A program made the position numbers and the translations under genes. A DNA stretch of 17,214 nucleotides from Candidatus Micrarchaeota archaeon (GTDB lineage: Archaea > Iainarchaeota > Iainarchaeia > JAADDC01): the NCBI GenBank assembly GCA_027046625.1, contig JALTXX010000014.1, positions 28,129 through 45,342 of the forward strand, in the 5' to 3' direction. This document shows, piece by piece, positions 12,211 through 17,214 of this stretch (the stretch's first letter is position 1; every line of letters begins with the position of its first letter). The notes beneath the pieces were generated by a model. That model saw only the letters and a list, made by a program, of their open reading frames with translations. It ran no database searches and had not been told where the DNA came from.

Positions 12211-14772
12211 ATGATCCGTGAAGTCCACATTAAAAACTGGAAGTCCCATGGAGAAATAAATGGAAATTACGGCAGTTCTCTGTCATTTGAAAGGGGACTG
12301 AACGTTATATATGGTGTTAACGGTAGCGGGAAAAGTTCTATAGCCGAAGCCATACACTTCGCTCTTTTTGGGAAAAGGGGAGACGATGTTATCAGAAGAG
12401 GTGCTAAGAAGGCGGAGGTAAAAGTAGTTCTTGAAACGGATAATGTATACATTATAAAGAGGAGTTTGGGTCGAGGGGGGAGCGATGACGTTGTCGTAAT
12501 GACTGAGGATGGTAAGCTTCTTTCTGTTTCTAAGCAAAGGGATGCTAATAAGACGGTAGAGGACATCTTAGGCGTTAATGCAAAGCTGTTTGAGAAGGCT
12601 GTATACGGGGAACAAAACAAGATGTTGGAGTTCTATGAAAGTTCTCCCAAGGAGAGGGCCAAGATGATAGACGACATTATGGGTATGAAAGAGTTTTTTG
12701 AGGCAAAGGAGGTAATAACTAGAATATATAACAGGCTTTTGGATGAGATACGCCAGAAGGGTGATAAATTAACAGACTACAAAAAGGAAGAGGAGGAACT
12801 AAAGACATCCATTTCCAAAGAGGAGGAGAAGGTGTCCTCGCTTAGGGAAAGAGTAATGGAATTAACTTCTATGGTTGAATCGTTATCCTCCTCAGAGGAA
12901 AAGCTAAAGAAGGAGCTCTCAGAACTTGAAGTAAATCTTAGATCCCTTGAAGAGAAGAGAGAAAAGTATATCACACTATCTGCCCAGGTAAAACGGTTAA
13001 AGGAAGAGATAAAGTGGCCTGACGCGTCTGAAAAGGATGAAGATATGCTTCAGGAACTTCTCTCTAAGATGGAGAAGAAAAAGTCTCTGGAGGGAACTAT
13101 AAACCACCTAAAAAGCAGGAGAGAAAGGATTCTCAAAGAATTGGAAAGCATCCCAGAGGCAGAAGAGGTTGATATGGAGAGATTAAAAAAAGAATTGGAA
13201 GAAAAGGAGTATATACTAAGAGAGATAGAGGATAAACATAATGGTATAAGGAAGGAGCTTTATTCTTTGGAGATAAACATCTCTTCCCTGAAGGAGGAGC
13301 TAAAGCACCTACTAATGAAGGAAGAAGAGTATAAGCGACTGTCCTCTGAAGTTAATGAGCTTCCTTTCCTGAAAGATAGGCTGGAAAGCCTCACAGAAAA
13401 CCTTGAAGAGTTAAGATCGGTTGAGGAGGAGTTAAAAAGTCGTATATCGGTACTTAAGCAGTCTCACCTACTGAAAGAAGGCCGGTGCCCCCTCTGTGGA
13501 AGGAGTATCGACAAAGTACATGCAGAGGAGATAATAGCACATAGAGAAGAGGAGCTGAAGAAGTTACAAAATGAGTTGGAAGCTGTCCTCGCAAAAAGAA
13601 AGGTTATGGAGAGGGAATACAACGATGTCCATCGAAGAGTTTTGGCCTTAGAGGTTAAGCAGGACAGATTAAAGGATTTAAAAGACCAGCTGTCAAATAA
13701 AGAGGACATAAAAAGAAAAATAGAAGAAAGTGATAGAAGATTGAAAGAATTGGGGGAAATGCTCTCACGTATCGAAGAGGAAAAGAGCCGTATATCGTCC
13801 TTGGTAGAAGCATTAAGAAAACGGCTTTCCGACGCCATAAACACACTCAATATTATAAACAGGAAACGCTCCCTTCAGCAAGAGCTGCTAGAGGTTGAGA
13901 AAGAAATAGAGAAAACGGAACATTCATTAAAAGAGTTGGGAGACATAGACGCACAAACAATAGAGAGATACAGGGAAAGGGTGGAGAGTTACAGGAAAAA
14001 GCTTCAGCTAGAAGCTCTAGAGAAACAATTATCATCCCTACAATGGGATGAAAGAGAATATAACAATATGAAAAGTAGGGTGGAAGCGGTTAGAAAGGAA
14101 TTTTTAGAGTTGGTTTCCAAGAAGAAGGAGCTGGAAGGAACCCTAAAGGGCCTTCAGGAAACATTAAGAGAAAAGGAAAAATTGCTAGAGGAGATGAAAA
14201 GACGGTTAGCCATTTTGGAAGATGAGTTAAGAGATTATGAAAGGCTAAAAACTATAAGGGACAGTCTTGAACTTGTAAGAAGGGCGTGGGAAGAAAGTAT
14301 AAAAGAGGTTAGGAAGAGGAGGGTGGACCTCATTAATAAAACCGTAAAACTGGTGTGGAATGCCGTCTACAGATCTCAGTATTCCGACTATAAGGACATA
14401 TCTTTCTCCATGGAAAGTGCACGGTCTGGATATACCTACTCCCTCAAGGTAAAAGGGGATGAGTGGTACGATGTAGATGTGTTGTCTGGTGGAGAACGTA
14501 TGCTAGCCTTACTAGCTCTTCGGATAGCCATGGCTTATCTTCTCAGCAAAAAGAGCGGTTTCCTCATCCTTGACGAACCTACCCACAACCTTGACGAAAA
14601 CATTAGTAGAAAGTTGGCTGAATTTCTTCACAACACAACCCAAGAGGGTCTCTTTGATCAAATCATTCTTATTACCCATGATCCTGTATTCTCTGAGTAT
14701 GCAGACGTTGTATATCGTATGGAGAGAGCCAAAACCGGCAACGATCCCACCACAGTTGTTAGAGAACGTTAG
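12211..14772 (+). CDS. rad50: DNA double-strand-break repair ATPase Rad50 (SMC-like ABC ATPase with a central zinc hook).
   Basis: I place the start at ATG 12211, giving 853 aa; the track begins at TTG 12208. Walker A is GVNGSGKSS. Q-loop region is present. A long heptad-rich E/K/L coiled coil follows. The CPLCG zinc hook lies exactly at the midpoint (nt 13486-13500, residues 426-430). The ABC signature LSGGE (VLSGGERMLALLAL) is present. Walker B/D-loop is FLILDEPTHNLD and the H-loop is LITHD. Confidence 0.85.
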   Translation: MIREVHIKNWKSHGEINGNYGSSLSFERGLNVIYGVNGSGKSSIAEAIHFALFGKRGDDVIRRGAKKAEVKVVLETDNVYIIKRSLGRGGSDDVVVMTEDGKLLSVSKQRDANKTVEDILGVNAKLFEKAVYGEQNKMLEFYESSPKERAKMIDDIMGMKEFFEAKEVITRIYNRLLDEIRQKGDKLTDYKKEEEELKTSISKEEEKVSSLRERVMELTSMVESLSSSEEKLKKELSELEVNLRSLEEKREKYITLSAQVKRLKEEIKWPDASEKDEDMLQELLSKMEKKKSLEGTINHLKSRRERILKELESIPEAEEVDMERLKKELEEKEYILREIEDKHNGIRKELYSLEINISSLKEELKHLLMKEEEYKRLSSEVNELPFLKDRLESLTENLEELRSVEEELKSRISVLKQSHLLKEGRCPLCGRSIDKVHAEEIIAHREEELKKLQNELEAVLAKRKVMEREYNDVHRRVLALEVKQDRLKDLKDQLSNKEDIKRKIEESDRRLKELGEMLSRIEEEKSRISSLVEALRKRLSDAINTLNIINRKRSLQQELLEVEKEIEKTEHSLKELGDIDAQTIERYRERVESYRKKLQLEALEKQLSSLQWDEREYNNMKSRVEAVRKEFLELVSKKKELEGTLKGLQETLREKEKLLEEMKRRLAILEDELRDYERLKTIRDSLELVRRAWEESIKEVRKRRVDLINKTVKLVWNAVYRSQYSDYKDISFSMESARSGYTYSLKVKGDEWYDVDVLSGGERMLALLALRIAMAYLLSKKSGFLILDEPTHNLDENISRKLAEFLHNTTQEGLFDQIILITHDPVFSEYADVVYRMERAKTGNDPTTVVRER

Positions 14773-16370
14773 GCTACTCTCTCTTCCGGTCCAAATCCAT
14801 ATGAGAAGTCTGTGGACGGACCCATGCCTATATAATCAAGGTACATCCTAACCGTAAAGTAGTTTTGGTAGTCTAGCACTGCACTACCAAACACTGTATA
14901 CTTTTGCTGGGTGGGCAGTATAACACCAAATCTAAGGTTTGAGTTGGAGGTAGTAATATACTCCTTTACATCGCTGGCTGTTCTATATCTACAATTCTTG
15001 GTATCTACGTAGTATCTATAGCACACTGCCCTCGTAAGCTCTTCTCCAGATGAGCTGTTTGTTATATTGAAGACCTCGCTAGTTACAAGGTCTCTAGGAA
15101 AGCTCCCACCTATACCCATTACTACATTACACACATCCATACTCCACCAATCTATCTTGACGTTTCTTATCCTGCATGTGGATGAGCTATATGAAGCCCC
15201 CTTCGCTCCATATCCTATACTCTTATTTGCAAAGAGGGCAGTAGCTTTGTAAGTATGGATGTACGTACCGTAGCTTCTGACAGTTCTATAATCTCCACGT
15301 CCGCTCTCTACCCTTCCGGAGTATACAATGAGGGGATTTCTTATGGGAACGGTTGGCTTCATAATGTAATATCTCCACGTCGGATACGTGTTGGTAAACT
15401 GAACTCCATTGTATACATAACTGTAAGTATCCCTGCTTCTATACAACGTAACATCAAAGTATAACCTTCCGTTTCTAATATAATAGGAGGCACTCCCTTC
15501 CCCAAGCTCCTCTATATTGGATTCGTTGAGTTCCAAGGTGAAACCATTAATGGTTCTTCCGCTGAAATCCTCATACACATCAAAAACATTTTTTGGGTTT
15601 GATATGGAGGTAGCGGATGGATTTCCATAGTATACGTAGAAGAAGGTGGTACCTCCCTTCTTTAAGGTTGATCTGAGAAATATTCTCGTGTTTGAGAGAC
15701 ACGTTCCAGGTAATATCCACATGGGTACTTCCTGTCCTCTTTCGTCGAGGACTCTTAGATCTCCACAGTCGCTCCGTATCTTCCTCTCATTATAGAGGGC
15801 TCTAGTGTTAAGGTCGATGTAGAACACTACATCTCCACCTTTATTACTATAAACCAACAAGGCCTTCCTGTATTTCCACCCAGATACGGCAGTTTTATAA
15901 ACTGTGGCAGCAGAGCAGCTGCCAACTTCCCTAGACCCTATATGAACCACAGCACAAATGTTGTACTCCCCTTCATTATTCACAGTGTAGCTTCTACTTA
16001 ACGTTTGGGGAGCGATGGTACCGTTCTCTATGAGCTGATCATTAACGTATATGGAGTAGTTTACCTCCTCTCCATCAGAAAGAATAACAACATTGTAATC
16101 TATTGAAACAGGGAAGGATTCGGTAGAAACGTATTCTGGAGATTCCACTATTACATAGATATAACTAAATAACATGCTTTTCGGTATGGTAAAGTTTATA
16201 TCTACCGTATAATCTCTTAAAACATCAAAATTTACCTCTGTAGTACTAGGAGTCGACACTTCTTGAGATATAGCTTCTAAGGTATTGAGAAGGGCGGTAC
16301 CTGTCACAGTTACCAGTATGATGGATGCTCCCAATAAGAGGAGGTACTCCACATTGGTTTGACCGTACAC
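14769..16370 (-). CDS. Type-IV-pilin-like surface protein (class III signal peptide followed by an N-terminal hydrophobic helix) with a large extracellular domain containing a DUF2341-like, ConA-like region.
   Basis: The 533-aa ORF has a GTG start directly after an in-frame TAG. Its N-terminus (M/V)YG|QTNVEYLLLLGASIILVTVTGTALL fits the prepilin pattern: Gly at -1, Gln at +1, Glu at +5, then a hydrophobic helix of about 20 aa. The remainder is S/T/Y/N-rich and beta-like. The segment DCGDLRVLDERGQEVPMWILPG...TTFFYVYYGNPSATS resembles the DUF2341 core (DG.DiRF.d.dG..L.yeiE.W...vWVkvp...ttiymYYGN). Confidence 0.5.
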   Translation of the reverse strand: MYGQTNVEYLLLLGASIILVTVTGTALLNTLEAISQEVSTPSTTEVNFDVLRDYTVDINFTIPKSMLFSYIYVIVESPEYVSTESFPVSIDYNVVILSDGEEVNYSIYVNDQLIENGTIAPQTLSRSYTVNNEGEYNICAVVHIGSREVGSCSAATVYKTAVSGWKYRKALLVYSNKGGDVVFYIDLNTRALYNERKIRSDCGDLRVLDERGQEVPMWILPGTCLSNTRIFLRSTLKKGGTTFFYVYYGNPSATSISNPKNVFDVYEDFSGRTINGFTLELNESNIEELGEGSASYYIRNGRLYFDVTLYRSRDTYSYVYNGVQFTNTYPTWRYYIMKPTVPIRNPLIVYSGRVESGRGDYRTVRSYGTYIHTYKATALFANKSIGYGAKGASYSSSTCRIRNVKIDWWSMDVCNVVMGIGGSFPRDLVTSEVFNITNSSSGEELTRAVCYRYYVDTKNCRYRTASDVKEYITTSNSNLRFGVILPTQQKYTVFGSAVLDYQNYFTVRMYLDYIGMGPSTDFSYGFGPEERVA

Positions 16371-16403
16371 CTATTAAGTATCCTTCCACCATTTAAAAAT
16401 GCG
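16371..16403. promoter_or_regulatory. 33-bp divergent spacer between the pilin-like gene and the E1-like gene. It contains TATTAAGTA and ATTTAAAAAT.
   Basis: The A/T-rich TATA-like elements are the only support. Assignment to either gene is uncertain. Confidence 0.25.
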
Positions 16404-17057
16404 ATGATGAAGAGGTATTACTCTGAAGGGGTGATGAATAGGCACGCAGCTGAGCTATACCAAAGGAGCAGACACGCATGGTGGAAGCTAAGAGATAAGA
16501 GATTACTTATAGCTGGGGCTGGGGGGTTAGGTACCTTTGTACTAGCTAATTTACTTGGATCGGGTATAGGAGAAATTGTTGTAGTTGACAGAGACAAAGT
16601 AGAACCTCATAACCTCAACAGACAGTTCTTCTATGGGTTAGAAGACGTTGGACGGTGGAAGGTTGAGATTCTCAAGGAAAGGTTATCCTATAGACATGAA
16701 AACATCTCCTTTAAGAGAACTGATATAGAGGAGGTAGATATAACCCACTTTCACGTGGTAGTAGACTGTTTAGATAGGTGGAAGGAGAAATCTGCCCTCA
16801 TAGATAGGGCTATAGATAGTGATATTCCCATTGTTAGTATTTCGGCAGGAAGAGGAAAGGGGATGGTTACATCCCCTAGGAAAAGGATTCCCTTCACTCC
16901 AAAGGATGAATGTATTGTATCCACTCCGGAACTTTCAGTGGCAGCCGGTATAGGGTCTAATGAAGTTATAAATACATTAACTGGCAATCCAAGACTGGTT
17001 AATAAGTTACTCGTATTTGATTTAAACACCTACGACTTTCAACTAGTCGAATACTAA
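16404..17057 (+). CDS. ThiF/MoeB/HesA-family E1-like adenylyltransferase (ubiquitin-activating-enzyme fold). It is a candidate activator of small ubiquitin-like sulfur-carrier or modifier proteins.
   Basis: The Rossmann dinucleotide motif LLIAGAGGLGTFVLANLLGSGIGEIVVVDRDKVEPHNLNRQFFY fits the E1 family pattern GxGxxG ... D.D.VE.SNLNRQ. The RYYSEG region near the N-terminus corresponds to the conserved RYSRQ. I place the start at ATG 16404 (MMKRYY...), giving 217 aa. The track's TTG at 16359 would overlap the divergent gene's start. No CxxC zinc pairs are present. Confidence 0.7.
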   Translation: MMKRYYSEGVMNRHAAELYQRSRHAWWKLRDKRLLIAGAGGLGTFVLANLLGSGIGEIVVVDRDKVEPHNLNRQFFYGLEDVGRWKVEILKERLSYRHENISFKRTDIEEVDITHFHVVVDCLDRWKEKSALIDRAIDSDIPIVSISAGRGKGMVTSPRKRIPFTPKDECIVSTPELSVAAGIGSNEVINTLTGNPRLVNKLLVFDLNTYDFQLVEY

Positions 17058-17214
17058 GAATTCATCCCAGTCTTCATCTTTTAAACTAGACGCCGTCTTT
17101 TCAAGGCTAAGACTTATCTCAGAAGGTTTAAACACTCTCTCATACCCCTTTAAACGCTGACGGGCCGTTAAGGCATGAGCATATAAATGCTCAATGTGAA
17201 CAGGCCATTTTCTA
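17043..17214 (-). CDS. Hypothetical protein, C-terminal 55 codons; the gene starts beyond the window end. Translation reads ...RKWPVHIEHLYAHALTARQRLKGYERVFKPSEISLSLEKTASSLKDEDWDEFLVFD*.
   Basis: Hand translation of the minus strand gives an open frame from the window edge to a TAG (complement of 17043-17045). It overlaps the 3' end of the E1-like gene by 15 bp. I recognise no motif. Confidence 0.3.
   Translation of the reverse strand, partial: RKWPVHIEHLYAHALTARQRLKGYERVFKPSEISLSLEKTASSLKDEDWDEFLVFD

Noticed and set aside
12267-14035. Antisense ORFs inside rad50 (12267-12620, 12283-12537, 12777-12974, 13464-13850, 13655-13846, 13853-14035) and apparent short direct repeats (GAAGAG/AAGGAG-rich) in 12780-14300.
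   Set aside because: The ORFs are reverse-frame artefacts of a Glu/Lys/Leu-rich coiled coil and translate into Ser/Phe/Leu-rich nonsense. The repeats come from biased GAG/AAG/GAA codon use in the coiled coil. They are not a tandem repeat or CRISPR array, because no spacer-repeat periodicity is present.
14570-15464. Plus-strand ORFs at 14570-14851, 15067-15252 and 15255-15464 near the rad50 3' end and inside the pilin-like gene.
   Set aside because: The first is an alternative frame of the Rad50 C-terminus, whose H-loop is in the main frame. The others are antisense to the pilin-like gene. None has a promoter or SD context.
1-17214. A search for tRNA or rRNA genes, CRISPR repeats, IS elements and integrase or att-like repeats.
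   Set aside because: No intergenic region exceeds 48 bp, and every stretch is accounted for by coding sequence. I saw no cloverleaf-compatible segments, no regularly spaced direct repeats and no terminal inverted repeats. The region looks like core chromosome with an embedded membrane and surface protein cluster, not a mobile island.

Overview
The window is a gene-dense archaeal chromosomal segment, most likely from a hyperthermophile. The decisive clue is a complete reverse gyrase gene. Archaeal release factor aRF1, elongation factor aEF-1beta with its partner zinc-ribbon protein, archaeosine tRNA-guanine transglycosylase and a Rad50 with a CxxC zinc hook support the archaeal assignment. GC content is roughly in the low-to-mid 40s percent and AGG/AGA/ATA codons are heavily used. 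I call 18 protein-coding genes on both strands, two of them truncated by the window edges. All intergenic spacers are under 50 bp, so there is no room for rRNA, tRNA, CRISPR or IS elements, and I found none. Operon-leading genes have A/T-rich TATA-like boxes about 25-30 bp upstream of the start codon, which fits leaderless transcripts. Internal operon genes carry GGAGG/GGTGA Shine-Dalgarno sequences. Several gene pairs converge with 4-53 bp overlaps at their 3' ends. Housekeeping content: aRF1, archaeosine TGT, reverse gyrase, aEF-1beta and its Zn-ribbon partner, UMP kinase, Rad50, a ThiF/MoeB E1-like enzyme, a ZPR1-type zinc-finger protein and a Mut7-C nuclease-like protein. The most interesting part is a membrane cluster at 318-3833. 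It holds a DUF95/SpoIIM-like protein, an SPFH/stomatin protein, and a DUF373-like membrane protein with a PRC-barrel-like tail. The DUF373 gene is translationally coupled by an ATGA overlap to a minimal 228-aa presenilin/signal-peptide-peptidase homolog carrying YD, GxGD and PAL motifs. Other points worth a second look: Rad50 has no adjacent Mre11, HerA or NurA. A 533-aa type-IV-pilin-like surface protein has a DUF2341-like domain and an unusually short 3-residue leader peptide. aRF1 carries a CxxC-x14-CxxC zinc-ribbon insertion in its C-terminal domain. A 54-aa zinc-ribbon ORF is missing from the supplied ORF track.
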